From contig JAEWRI010000021.1 of assembly GCA_023460085.1 (NCBI GenBank), positions 41,904-105,903 on the forward strand: a stretch of DNA of 64,000 bases, given 5' to 3'. The notes below the pieces were generated by a model that saw nothing but the letters and a program-made list of their open reading frames with translations, ran no database searches and was not told the origin of the DNA. The position numbers and the translations under genes were made by a program. The DNA comes from Bacillota bacterium (GTDB lineage Bacteria; Bacillota; Clostridia; Christensenellales; SZUA-584). Positions 27,846 through 36,935 of this stretch are shown piece after piece (position 1 is the stretch's first letter; each line of letters begins with the position of its first letter).

Positions 27846-28754
27846 ATGAAATTCTTAAAAAAACGGCCGTATCTGCAATTCGTATCCCCTGCAGTGGTTC
27901 TGTATTCACTTTTTGTGATCGTACCGGTGCTGTTTGCCATTTTTTTGAGCTTCCACGATTGGTCGGGTATTGGTCAAATGAAGTTTATAGGGCTGAATAA
28001 TTATGTGAAGCTCCTGACAGATCCGAGGACATCGAAGATATTTCTGAACGCGTTGGGCAATAACTTTAAATTTACACTTTGTGTGGTGACAATCATACTG
28101 GGCGTTCAGCTCGTATTCGCGTATTTGCTGAACATCAACATACGCGGAGGCCGCTATTTCAGGCTGATGATCTTTCTGCCTTACGTAATCAGCACTGCCA
28201 TCATAGGCTTCTTTACGCTGATCGTGTTCGACCCGAATCTGGGGATTCTGAATAACATGCTGGGGTTTGTGGGCAGATCAGACTTGAAAAGCGCGTGGTT
28301 TGGAGATCCCAAGATTGCATTTATATTGCTCGTCATGGTGATATTGTGGCAAAGCGTGGGCGCGGGCATGATGATCTTCTATGCCAACATGAAGGATATC
28401 CCGAAATCAATCATCGAGGCCAGCGTGATAGACGGCGCGGGGGAGTGGAAGCGTTTCACGAAGATCGTCATCCCTATGCTGGGGCCATCGTTTACCACCA
28501 ACATCGTGCTGGGCGTTATCTGGGGGCTTACGATATTTGATATACCATTCCTGATTGGAGGGCCGCAGGGCGGTATTGATAATTCGATTGATTTTGTAAA
28601 TCAGTTTTTCTATCGCAGTACATTTGGCAGTGCGTATTTTGGGGAGACCTCGCTGGGCTTTGGTGCGTGCATCAGCGTCACGATGTTCGTAATCATATTC
28701 ACTATCTCCCTGCTGCTTTCGAAACTGCTCAAACGCTTCAATTTCAATGACTGA
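27846..28754 (+). CDS. Carbohydrate ABC transporter permease (MalF/UgpA-type)
   Basis: 302 aa with six hydrophobic helices and an EAA-loop-like EASVIDGAGEWKRFTKIVIP. Confidence 0.85.
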   Translation: MKFLKKRPYLQFVSPAVVLYSLFVIVPVLFAIFLSFHDWSGIGQMKFIGLNNYVKLLTDPRTSKIFLNALGNNFKFTLCVVTIILGVQLVFAYLLNINIRGGRYFRLMIFLPYVISTAIIGFFTLIVFDPNLGILNNMLGFVGRSDLKSAWFGDPKIAFILLVMVILWQSVGAGMMIFYANMKDIPKSIIEASVIDGAGEWKRFTKIVIPMLGPSFTTNIVLGVIWGLTIFDIPFLIGGPQGGIDNSIDFVNQFFYRSTFGSAYFGETSLGFGACISVTMFVIIFTISLLLSKLLKRFNFND

Positions 28755-28765
28755 GGGAAGGCAAA

Positions 28766-29617
28766 ATGAAACGTTCGTATTCAATCACCGATACCCGGAC
28801 GTCACGCATCGTGAAGAATTTCTTTTCTGTGCTGCTGCTGCTCTATTCGCTGATTGCGGTGGCGCTGATACTCATCACTGTGCTTTCGTCCTTTAAGACC
28901 AAGAGCGATTTAGTTAATAATACGCTGGGCTTTCCCCAGTCGTTTACGTTGGATAATTACGAGCAGGTGCTGCTCGAAGATAAGTTTTGGCTGTATTTTA
29001 TTAACAGCACCGTGCTGGCCGTGGGTGGCGTAGCGCTGCTGCTGCTCATTTCCTCGATGGCGGGGTATGGACTTTCCAAGTTCCGTTTCAAAGGCCGCAG
29101 CGGGCTGAGGACGTATTTCCTGATGGGGCTGATGTTTCCGATACAGCTTGGTATACTGCCGCTCTTTGTCATGCTGCGCGCGATGGATCTTATTAATAAC
29201 CTGCTCGGGCTGATATTGCTGTACGCGGCCAACATGTCTTTTGCCGTATTCGTGCTGTCCAATTTCCTGCGGACGGTACCCGACGCGCTGATCGAATGCG
29301 CGCGTATTGACGGCGCAAGCGAATTTCGGATCTACTGGAAGATCGTACTTCCGATGTCACGGCCTGTGCTCTCTACGGTGGGCCTCATCAGCTTCGTCAC
29401 GATGTGGAACGACTTCTACATGCCGCTCGTTTTCCTGACCAAAGAAAATGTGCGCACGCTGACGCTGGGTGTCTACCGATACATGAACAACTTTCTTGAA
29501 AACTGGCATCTGGTTTTCGCAGCAGTGACGGTGGCCCTTGTGCCGGTGATTGTGGTGTTCTTCCTGTTTTCAAACCAGATCATCGCGGGACTGACAGGTG
29601 GGGCGGTGAAAGAGTAG
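28766..29617 (+). CDS. Carbohydrate ABC transporter permease (MalG/UgpE-type)
   Basis: 283 aa with the EAA loop ECARIDGASEFRIYWKIVLP. Confidence 0.85.
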   Translation: MKRSYSITDTRTSRIVKNFFSVLLLLYSLIAVALILITVLSSFKTKSDLVNNTLGFPQSFTLDNYEQVLLEDKFWLYFINSTVLAVGGVALLLLISSMAGYGLSKFRFKGRSGLRTYFLMGLMFPIQLGILPLFVMLRAMDLINNLLGLILLYAANMSFAVFVLSNFLRTVPDALIECARIDGASEFRIYWKIVLPMSRPVLSTVGLISFVTMWNDFYMPLVFLTKENVRTLTLGVYRYMNNFLENWHLVFAAVTVALVPVIVVFFLFSNQIIAGLTGGAVKE

Positions 29618-29875
29618 AAGCCAATATGAACGAAAGGGCGGTTTGATTAAACCCACAGAAGGACGCATGCTGCTTGACGGCATGGATGCGGCACTTTATG
29701 ACTCCAACGCTTATCGAGGCTTGTTTGGCATTGTGTTTTAAGATAATAAACTGTTGCCGTTTATGAGCGGGGGGATCTCAAAACCCTTATTTCCCGCACA
29801 GACAGTGAATATTATAGCTTTGGGAAAGCCAGCTGTGCTGCTGAGTATACAATGAAATAATAAGGAGGAGGAAAA

Positions 29876-32437
29876 ATGCTCCGCGCCTCTCAGCTTCGAT
29901 GCGAGTATCTTGAAAATCCGCTGGGGCTCTGCTGCAAGAGACCGCGCTTCAGCTGGATTATGAAATCTGATCGTACAAATGTCATACAGACAGGGGCGCA
30001 AATACAGGTGTCTGAAGACGAGCGATTCGGAAAAATCCTTTGGGACAGCGGCGAACACAAGTCCGAAGAATCCGTATATGCACAGTACAACGGCCCTGAA
30101 CTCGCCGGACGTCGCCGTTATTATTGGAGGGTGAGAATTACCGATTCCACCGGTGATGCTTCCGACTGGAGCGAGACATCATGGTTTGAAATGGCGCCGG
30201 ACGCGGCAGATTTGCGGGTGCAGTGGATAGCGCCGGACGACAGCCCTGAGGATGCACGCGTAAAGCTTTTGAAGAAACGCTTTCAAATAACGAAGCCGGT
30301 GAAATCTGCCCGGTTGTATGCTTCATCGCTGGGTACATATTTTGTCCAAATCAACGGACACAGGGTGGGAGACCGTTTATATGCTCCGGGATGGACGAGT
30401 TACGGGAGTCGTCTGCTTTATCAAACATACGATATCACTGACCTGCTTGTTGAAGGTGAAAACACACTGACCGTTTGGCTTGCCAACGGCTGGTATAAAG
30501 GAGAGCTCGCGTTTCGCAACGAGCCTTGTCAATATGGCAGTCAAAGGGCATTCTGGGGCCAGCTTCATATTGACGAACCACAGAAATCGGAGAGGGTGAT
30601 CCTATCAGACGGATCCTGGCAGTGGGCGGAAAGCCCCTTGCTTTTTGCGGAATGGTATCACGGCGAAACCTATGATGCCCGGGCGGAGCAAGCAGCCGAC
30701 TGGAGGCCTGTTGCTATACTGAACAGGAGGATTTCCGCGCTCCTGCCGGATGACGGCGTCGCGGTGCGCTGTCAGGAAACCTTTGCACCGGAAAGCATTA
30801 TCACCACGCCCGCCGGTGAGACAGTACTCGATTTCGGGCAAAATATGGTCGGCTTTGTTCGGTTTAAGGTGTGCGGCAATAGGGGGGAGCGCGTAATCCT
30901 CAGCCATGCGGAGGTGCTTGATGCGAAAGGCAACTTTTATACCGAGAATCTGCGGGCCGCGCGCCAACGAGTGGAATATATTTGTAATGGCGGGGAAGAA
31001 GCCTACGAGCCGCTGTTTACAACGCAGGGCTTCCGTTATGTCCGAGTGGACGAGTACCCGGGTGCAGTTGACCCGCGCAGCTTTACTGCCGTATCGGTTT
31101 ACTCGGATATGCAACCCATCGGCGCGTTTTCCTGTTCGCACAATCTCATTAATCGTTTGGCTGAAAATATCATATGGGGGATGCGCGGGAACTTTGTGGA
31201 TATCCCGACGGATTGTCCCCAGCGGGATGAGCGGCTGGGCTGGACCGGCGACGCACAGGCGTTTTGCATGACCGCTTGTTATCTGTATGATACGCGCCCT
31301 TTCTTTCGTAAGTGGCTGCGGGACCTTGCCGCGGATCAGCGTGCCGACGGCGGCGTACCTTATGTTTCCCCCGATATACTTTCCAATCAAACGGACAAAT
31401 TCCCGCTGGGGGCTCATTCATCCAGCGCGTGGGGAGACGCGGCTACCATCATCCCATGGGCTCTTTACTTAAGCTACGGGGATCTGACGCTGCTTCGCGA
31501 ACACTATCCGATGATGAGGGCGTGGGTGGAATATATCCGCGCCAGAGCAAACGGCAACCTGTGGGACAGCGGCGAGCATTACGGTGACTGGGTCGCGCTG
31601 GACGCAGAAGAAGGAAGTTATACCGGCGCAACGCCCAAGACGCTCATCGCTACGGCTTTCTATGCGCATTCCACGCAGCTTCTAAGCCGCGCGGCGAATG
31701 CATTGGGACATTCATCCGATGCAAAAGAATATGCTGACCTGTTTATTGCCATAAAGAACGCATATATACGGGCGTATTTTACACAGGAGGGAGTACCGGC
31801 AGAACGGACGCAGACGGCGCATGCGTTGTCGCTGGCTTTCGGGCTCGTTCCGGAACACTGCGCCCGAAAAACAGCATACGCGCTGGCTAAATTGGTTCAA
31901 GAAGCAGGCGGGCATATGACCACCGGCTTTGTGGGGACCCCCTACCTTCTTCCTGCGTTATGCCAGCACGGAGAGCCCGACGTCGCTTATCAGCTCCTGT
32001 TGAGGGAAGAATACCCTTCCTGGCTTTATCAGGTGCTGCAAGGTGCGACAACCATGTGGGAGCACATCGATGGAATTAAGCCGGATGGCTCGATGTGGAG
32101 CCCGGAGATGAATTCCTTCAACCATTACGCCTATGGTTCTATCGGCAGCTTTCTGTATCAGGAAGTTGCGGGCGTGAAAGCGGATCCCGAGAGACCGGGG
32201 TATAAGCATGTGTATATTACCCCTTGTCCGCAGGAGGGCTTTTCCCGCGCGGAAGCCTCACTGCAAACGCCATACGGCGAATTGCGAGTAAAATGGGAAA
32301 TCGCCGGAGGAAAACTGTATTTAGATGCCATCGTGCCGCATAATTCAACCGCTACCATACGCTGGCCGAATGGGACGACACAGGATGTCGGCTCGGGTTC
32401 CATATCAATCGCGTATCCCTGGAGGGCGGGCGAATGA
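29876..32437 (+). CDS. Alpha-L-rhamnosidase, glycoside hydrolase family 78
   Basis: N-terminus LRCEYLENPLGL..PRFSW and the conserved block IPTDCPQRDERLGWTGDAQ. 853 aa with no signal peptide. Confidence 0.85.
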   Translation: MLRASQLRCEYLENPLGLCCKRPRFSWIMKSDRTNVIQTGAQIQVSEDERFGKILWDSGEHKSEESVYAQYNGPELAGRRRYYWRVRITDSTGDASDWSETSWFEMAPDAADLRVQWIAPDDSPEDARVKLLKKRFQITKPVKSARLYASSLGTYFVQINGHRVGDRLYAPGWTSYGSRLLYQTYDITDLLVEGENTLTVWLANGWYKGELAFRNEPCQYGSQRAFWGQLHIDEPQKSERVILSDGSWQWAESPLLFAEWYHGETYDARAEQAADWRPVAILNRRISALLPDDGVAVRCQETFAPESIITTPAGETVLDFGQNMVGFVRFKVCGNRGERVILSHAEVLDAKGNFYTENLRAARQRVEYICNGGEEAYEPLFTTQGFRYVRVDEYPGAVDPRSFTAVSVYSDMQPIGAFSCSHNLINRLAENIIWGMRGNFVDIPTDCPQRDERLGWTGDAQAFCMTACYLYDTRPFFRKWLRDLAADQRADGGVPYVSPDILSNQTDKFPLGAHSSSAWGDAATIIPWALYLSYGDLTLLREHYPMMRAWVEYIRARANGNLWDSGEHYGDWVALDAEEGSYTGATPKTLIATAFYAHSTQLLSRAANALGHSSDAKEYADLFIAIKNAYIRAYFTQEGVPAERTQTAHALSLAFGLVPEHCARKTAYALAKLVQEAGGHMTTGFVGTPYLLPALCQHGEPDVAYQLLLREEYPSWLYQVLQGATTMWEHIDGIKPDGSMWSPEMNSFNHYAYGSIGSFLYQEVAGVKADPERPGYKHVYITPCPQEGFSRAEASLQTPYGELRVKWEIAGGKLYLDAIVPHNSTATIRWPNGTTQDVGSGSISIAYPWRAGE

Positions 32438-33687
32438 CACACAGAGAAATATTCCGAGCGGCGTTGAATCATAAATATACAGGTAAAGTACCGGTGGATT
32501 TTGGCGCAACCGGCGTTACCGGGCTGCACATCCGCTGTGTGGACGCTCTTCGCAGGCATTATGGACTTGAAAAGCGCCCCGTGAAGCTATTTGAACCCTA
32601 TCAAATGCTGGGGCTTGTGGAGGACGATCTCGCAGCTGCGATGGGTGTCGGCGTTGCCGGAATACACGGCCGCAAGACGATGTTCGGGTTCGATGCGTCC
32701 GATTGGAAAGAATACACGCTCGCAAATGGATTGGAGGTGCTGGTTCCCGGCGGCTTCAATATTACTACGGACAGGGACGGCAACCGCTATCTTTATCCGG
32801 AAGGGGATTTAAGCGCGCCTCCCTCCGGGCGCATGCCAAAGGACGGCTATTATTTTGATGCGATGATCAGGCAGCAGCCTTTTAACGAAGAGCATTTAAG
32901 CGTTGAAGATAATTTAGAGGAATTCGGACCGGCAACCGCAGAGGATATCGAATATCAAAAGCGCGCGTTGGCGGAAGCGCAAGCCACCGGACGCGGGGTA
33001 ATTACTGGATTTGGAGGGATGGGGTTGGGCGATGCCGCACTGATTCCGGCCGTACATCTAAAATATCCGAAAGGAATCCGGGATATCGAGGAATGGTATG
33101 TTTTATTGGCCGCGCAGCCGGAATTTGTCTATGCGCTTTTCGAGAGGCAGACCGACATTGCGCTGGCGAACCTTAAAGCATATCACGATGCGGTGGGCGA
33201 AATGCCGGACGTCGTTTTTATTTGCGGTACGGATTTCGGGACGCAAAACAGTACCTTTTGCTCAAAGGAAGCCTTTCGCTCATTGTATTTGCCGCACTAT
33301 AAAAGAATGAACGAATGGATACACCGGAATACGGGCTGGAAAACTTTTAAGCACTGCTGCGGAGCGGTCGCGGACTTCATACCGATGTTCATCGAAGCGG
33401 GCTTTGATATTTTGAACCCCGTACAGTGTTCCTGCCCCGGAATGGAGCCGGAAAGACTGAAAAAAAAATTCGGCCGAGACATCGTGTTTTGGGGTGGAGG
33501 CGTTGACACTCAATACATGTTGCCGTTTGGGAAACCGCAGGAAATTCGTGATCAGGTGCTGTCTCGCCTGGAGGTTTTCTCTGTGGATGGAGGATATGTA
33601 TTTAATGCCATACACAACGTTCAGTATGGCACGCCGATAGAAAACATCGTCGCGATGATTGAAGCCGTCAGGGAATTTAACGGATAA
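32434..33687 (+). CDS. Uroporphyrinogen-decarboxylase (URO-D)/MtaA-like family protein
   Basis: ATGA overlap with the GH78 gene. N-terminus REIFRAALNHKYTGKVPVDF and overall length fit URO-D-like TIM-barrel proteins. Confidence 0.5.
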   Translation: MTHREIFRAALNHKYTGKVPVDFGATGVTGLHIRCVDALRRHYGLEKRPVKLFEPYQMLGLVEDDLAAAMGVGVAGIHGRKTMFGFDASDWKEYTLANGLEVLVPGGFNITTDRDGNRYLYPEGDLSAPPSGRMPKDGYYFDAMIRQQPFNEEHLSVEDNLEEFGPATAEDIEYQKRALAEAQATGRGVITGFGGMGLGDAALIPAVHLKYPKGIRDIEEWYVLLAAQPEFVYALFERQTDIALANLKAYHDAVGEMPDVVFICGTDFGTQNSTFCSKEAFRSLYLPHYKRMNEWIHRNTGWKTFKHCCGAVADFIPMFIEAGFDILNPVQCSCPGMEPERLKKKFGRDIVFWGGGVDTQYMLPFGKPQEIRDQVLSRLEVFSVDGGYVFNAIHNVQYGTPIENIVAMIEAVREFNG

Positions 33688-33724
33688 GAAAGTACCGCAT
33701 CGGTCGCGGAGGAGGAATAGAAGA

Positions 33725-34720
33725 ATGGACAGCGTAAGCGGCAATGTGAGGAAGGTATTCAGCTTTGAGATGCCGGAGCGGATACCCGTGGCCGAATGGT
33801 GCATGTGGTGGGATAAGACGCTCGAAACGTGGGAAGCGCAGGGCATGCCCGGTGGTATGGACGATTTCGCGCTATACGACTATTTCGGGCTGGATAAGAA
33901 CATGCAGTTCTGGCTGGACCATTACTCGTCGGAGTGTCCCAAGCCGGAGCACCAGAGCAGCGGTCTGATTACCGGGGAAGCGGACTATCTTCGCATTCGT
34001 CCGCACATCCTGCGGGAGGACGCCGTCTCGTCGCTGTCGGCGGAGCTTAATCGCGCGGCGACGTTGCAAATCAGCGGCGAAGTGGTAGCGTGGTATACGG
34101 TGAACGGATTCTTCTGGTTTCCGCGCGAGCTGTTCGGCATCGAGGCCCACCTGTATTCGTTTTACGACGAAGCATCGCTGTACCACCGCATCTGCGAGGA
34201 CCTGCTGGAGTGGCAGCTGCGCCGCATCGATGAGTTGAATGCGCATACGCACTTTGAGTTTATGACGATCGCGGAGGACATGTCGTACAACCTCGGCCCG
34301 ATGATATCACTAGCCGTATTTGAGGAATTCATCGCACCGTATTACAAGCGGCTGATTCCGCGCATCCAGCAGTACGGCACGAAGGTGTTCGTCGATACGG
34401 ATGGCAACCCCGCGCAGATGGTGCCCTGGCTGCTGGACTGCGGGGTGGACGGTATATTCCCGCTGGAGCGGCAGGCGGGCGTGGACGTGGCGGAGCTGCG
34501 CAGGCAGTTCCCTGGGCTTCTGATGATGGGCGGCTTTGATAAAATGTGCGTGCTGCGGGGCAAAGACGCCATTGAAGCCGAGATCGAAAGGCTGCGGCCG
34601 GTCGTGCTGAGCGGTGGATATATTCCTGCGATGGACCACCAGACGCCGCCCGGAACCACGCTGGAGGATTACAGGCATTACGTCGCGCTGCTCAGAGGGT
34701 TACGAGGGCTTGCTGAGTAA
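33725..34720 (+). CDS. URO-D/MtaA-like family protein, second copy
   Basis: ATG 33725 follows GGAGGAGG. VRKVFSFEMPERIPVAEW N-terminus, then DTDGNPAQMVPWLLDCGVDGIFPLE and MGGFDK motifs as in URO-D-like proteins. Confidence 0.5.
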   Translation: MDSVSGNVRKVFSFEMPERIPVAEWCMWWDKTLETWEAQGMPGGMDDFALYDYFGLDKNMQFWLDHYSSECPKPEHQSSGLITGEADYLRIRPHILREDAVSSLSAELNRAATLQISGEVVAWYTVNGFFWFPRELFGIEAHLYSFYDEASLYHRICEDLLEWQLRRIDELNAHTHFEFMTIAEDMSYNLGPMISLAVFEEFIAPYYKRLIPRIQQYGTKVFVDTDGNPAQMVPWLLDCGVDGIFPLERQAGVDVAELRRQFPGLLMMGGFDKMCVLRGKDAIEAEIERLRPVVLSGGYIPAMDHQTPPGTTLEDYRHYVALLRGLRGLAE

Positions 34721-34894
34721 TCCCGTAAAGAGCAGAACGTTTATGGTGACGGCATTTGTCATCAATGAATACCAGGAGGTACACTTTCGTATGCCTCTTG
34801 ATTGATGTTCAGGTGTCAGGTTGAGACTTATTACACATGGGCAGTTCCTGAAAACATTTTCCCCTTCTAGGTCAACAAAATCCAGAGAAATAAT

Positions 34895-34929
34895 AAGAAG
34901 CGTTGAAATCCGTTGTTCCAACGCTTCTT
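34895..34929 (-). terminator. Rho-independent terminator downstream of tRNA-Pro
   Basis: Arms AAGAAGCGTTG and CAACGCTTCTT. On the minus strand the hairpin is followed by TTATTATTTCTC. Confidence 0.7.
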
Positions 34930-34932
34930 CTC

Positions 34933-35009
34933 TGGTCTGGGTGACAGGAATTGAACCTGCGACCTCTTGAACCCCATTCAAGCGCGCTACCAAACTGCGC
35001 TACACCCAG
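34933..35009 (-). tRNA. tRNA-Pro (anticodon GGG), CCA encoded
   Basis: The reverse complement folds as a 77-nt cloverleaf: acceptor CTGGGTG/CACCCAG, D arm GCGC/GCGC, anticodon stem CTTGA/TCAAG with loop AT-GGG-GT (U33, G37), T arm GCAGG-TTCAATT-CCTGT, then A-CCA. Confidence 0.9.
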
Positions 35010-35052
35010 AGGAATACCTGCGGAATGATACCGGAAATCCGGCACAGGTCAT

Positions 35053-35081
35053 ATCTTAACATCTTGATTGTGCATTGTCAA
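35053..35081 (-). promoter_or_regulatory. Sigma-A-type promoter for tRNA-Pro
   Basis: The minus strand reads TTGACA, a 17-nt spacer, then TAAGAT. The -10 box ends about 43 nt before the tRNA 5' end. Confidence 0.55.
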
Positions 35082-35139
35082 TTCAGCTTTATGAAATAAA
35101 TGACGGAGAACACAGCATATTTGGTGATGCTTGCTTTCA

Positions 35140-35168
35140 TTGACTTTTGGTGTTGGTTGCTATAAAAT
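35140..35168 (+). promoter_or_regulatory. Sigma-A-type promoter for the wall-protein gene
   Basis: TTGACT, a 17-nt spacer, then TAAAAT. Confidence 0.5.
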
Positions 35169-35223
35169 GAGACGTATTATTGGGGTGATGAGATATGTGT
35201 GGGGAATCAAGGAGGAAGGGTTT

Positions 35224-36891
35224 TTGAAGAAATATTTATCGATAATAATTGTGATCGCAATGGTCATTTCGATATTTTCCGGATATCCGAAAGTTGCAAA
35301 AGCCGCGGGTGTGGAAGTGAAAATTACGCCCGGGTCGGTGGCGATGACCGCCGCCGGGGATACTACGCTGCAGGTGACGGTATCCAATAATACCGATACG
35401 GAGATTGCGGAGGGCGCTGTTCTGAAACGGGAGGCCAACGGCCATCAGTGCGGAACTGCGTTTGGAAAGATAGTGCCGGGCGATCACGGGGATATGTCAT
35501 TTGGCATTACTGTAACGGATGCGATGTTTGGCACACAGGAGACCTTCCAGCTCTATCAGGCGGATGGCGTCACAAAAATCGACGGCGCGTCTGCAAAGGT
35601 ATCGTTTGTGCTGAATCAGACTGTTTCTCTTGGCGCGACATTTGAGGTTTCCCCGTCGGAATTGGTTGCCGAAGGGGATAAGATTAAGCTCATCGTAAAG
35701 GTCGAGAATAAAGGCAATGTCTCATTGAAAAACATTGCGGTTAAGCTGGATGGAAAGATGATCCATGAGAGCGAGTTTACACTTGCGCCTCTGGAAACGA
35801 AAACGGTTGAGTATATCTATACGGTTTCAAAGGCGGCGCTGCTTGCGCCCGTTGTCTATTATAAGGTAAATGGTACGGGGGATACGCAGAAATATGACCA
35901 GATAACCCCCATTCAGCTTGTTATAGAATCGCGCAAAGTGGATATGACCTTAACGGCGGATCCGACAAACCCGCAGGCAGGTCAGGATGTTACGCTGAAG
36001 GTAGCTGTAACAAACAACGGCAACGTGCCGTACAAGAACCTGAAAGCCTATATTAACGGTGAACTGGTTGATTTTCCGTCCTCTACGCTGGCTCCGGGTA
36101 AAACCTATAACACGACTTATACGAGATCGTACACAGCCTCCATGGAGGTCGTTTTCCTGCTGACGCTGGAAGATAACAAGGGTGAAACCGTCAATGTCGA
36201 TGAAAGTGTTTTGATTGAGCTCCCTGTCGACGACAGCGAGATTGCGTCAAAGCTGAAAATGAACATGGAAGTGGACAGACCCACGCTGACATCCGGCGGA
36301 ACCGTTACGTTTACGGGCAATATCGTCAACGGAACCAATTATACGCTGAAAAATCTGGTGGTGACGGAGACCTCTCAGAATAAAGAAGTTTATTCCGCGG
36401 CGCTGCTGGAATCGTATATGAGCACAAGCTTCCTGTATACAATTGATGTAAGTGAAACAGGTACATACAGCTTCCAGCTCACGGTTCAGGATACCGCCGG
36501 CGCAACGCATACAATTACCTCAGAGCCAATAACTGTGACCATTACGTCCGCGGCGCTGCCATCGTCAAGCGCTTCGGGCAGCGCTGAGGTTTCTCCCACT
36601 GATGGCACGGGTGAATCCAAAAGTTCGGGGCTGAAAGCCATCGTAATCATTGCCATCATTCTGGTCGTGCTGATTATCGGCGTAGGCGTAGCGCTGCTGC
36701 TTCTCTGGAAAGCACAGAAAAGCGGCGGTGTGATATCGAGGGGAAGCGCAACGAAAACCGGTGTGCCGAAAGCGGGTGCATCAAAAACAGGTGCGTCAAA
36801 TTCCGGGGTGCCGAAAAAGAAGCCGTCTGTCGGGCCGATGAAACGCAAGAAACCGGTGTCCAGAGGATACCGCGACAGGAACAATTTTTAA
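35224..36891 (+). CDS. Cell-surface protein with multiple CARDB-like repeats, C-terminal TM anchor and basic tail
   Basis: TTG 35224 follows AAGGAGGA. Signal/TM KKYLSIIIVIAMVISIFSG. Repeats such as GDKIKLIVKVENKGNVSLKNIAVKL and GQDVTLKVAVTNNGNVPYKNLKAYI. TM IVIIAIILVVLIIGVGVALLLLW, then a Lys/Pro-rich tail. Confidence 0.6.
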   Translation: MKKYLSIIIVIAMVISIFSGYPKVAKAAGVEVKITPGSVAMTAAGDTTLQVTVSNNTDTEIAEGAVLKREANGHQCGTAFGKIVPGDHGDMSFGITVTDAMFGTQETFQLYQADGVTKIDGASAKVSFVLNQTVSLGATFEVSPSELVAEGDKIKLIVKVENKGNVSLKNIAVKLDGKMIHESEFTLAPLETKTVEYIYTVSKAALLAPVVYYKVNGTGDTQKYDQITPIQLVIESRKVDMTLTADPTNPQAGQDVTLKVAVTNNGNVPYKNLKAYINGELVDFPSSTLAPGKTYNTTYTRSYTASMEVVFLLTLEDNKGETVNVDESVLIELPVDDSEIASKLKMNMEVDRPTLTSGGTVTFTGNIVNGTNYTLKNLVVTETSQNKEVYSAALLESYMSTSFLYTIDVSETGTYSFQLTVQDTAGATHTITSEPITVTITSAALPSSSASGSAEVSPTDGTGESKSSGLKAIVIIAIILVVLIIGVGVALLLLWKAQKSGGVISRGSATKTGVPKAGASKTGASNSGVPKKKPSVGPMKRKKPVSRGYRDRNNF

Positions 36892-36894
36892 AAG

Positions 36895-36922
36895 GAAAAA
36901 AGCCAGCGGGAGCTGGCTTTTT
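36895..36922. terminator. Bidirectional rho-independent terminator between convergent genes
   Basis: AAAAAGCCAGC-GGGA-GCTGGCTTTTT. Confidence 0.8.
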
Positions 36923-36935
36923 CTATGGCTCCGGC

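Noticed and set aside
29669-29743. 24-codon ORF (MLLDGMDAALYDSNAYRGLFGIVF) in the 258-nt gap before the GH78 gene, considered as a leader peptide or gene remnant.
   Set aside because: It has no RBS at a suitable distance, and it is too short to assess. Nothing in the sequence distinguishes it from a chance ORF.
34933-35009. tRNA-Pro as the attachment site of an integrated element.
   Set aside because: There is no integrase, recombinase or phage/plasmid gene on either side. I found no second copy of the tRNA 3' segment (GGTTCAATTCCTGTCACCCAG) elsewhere in the window.
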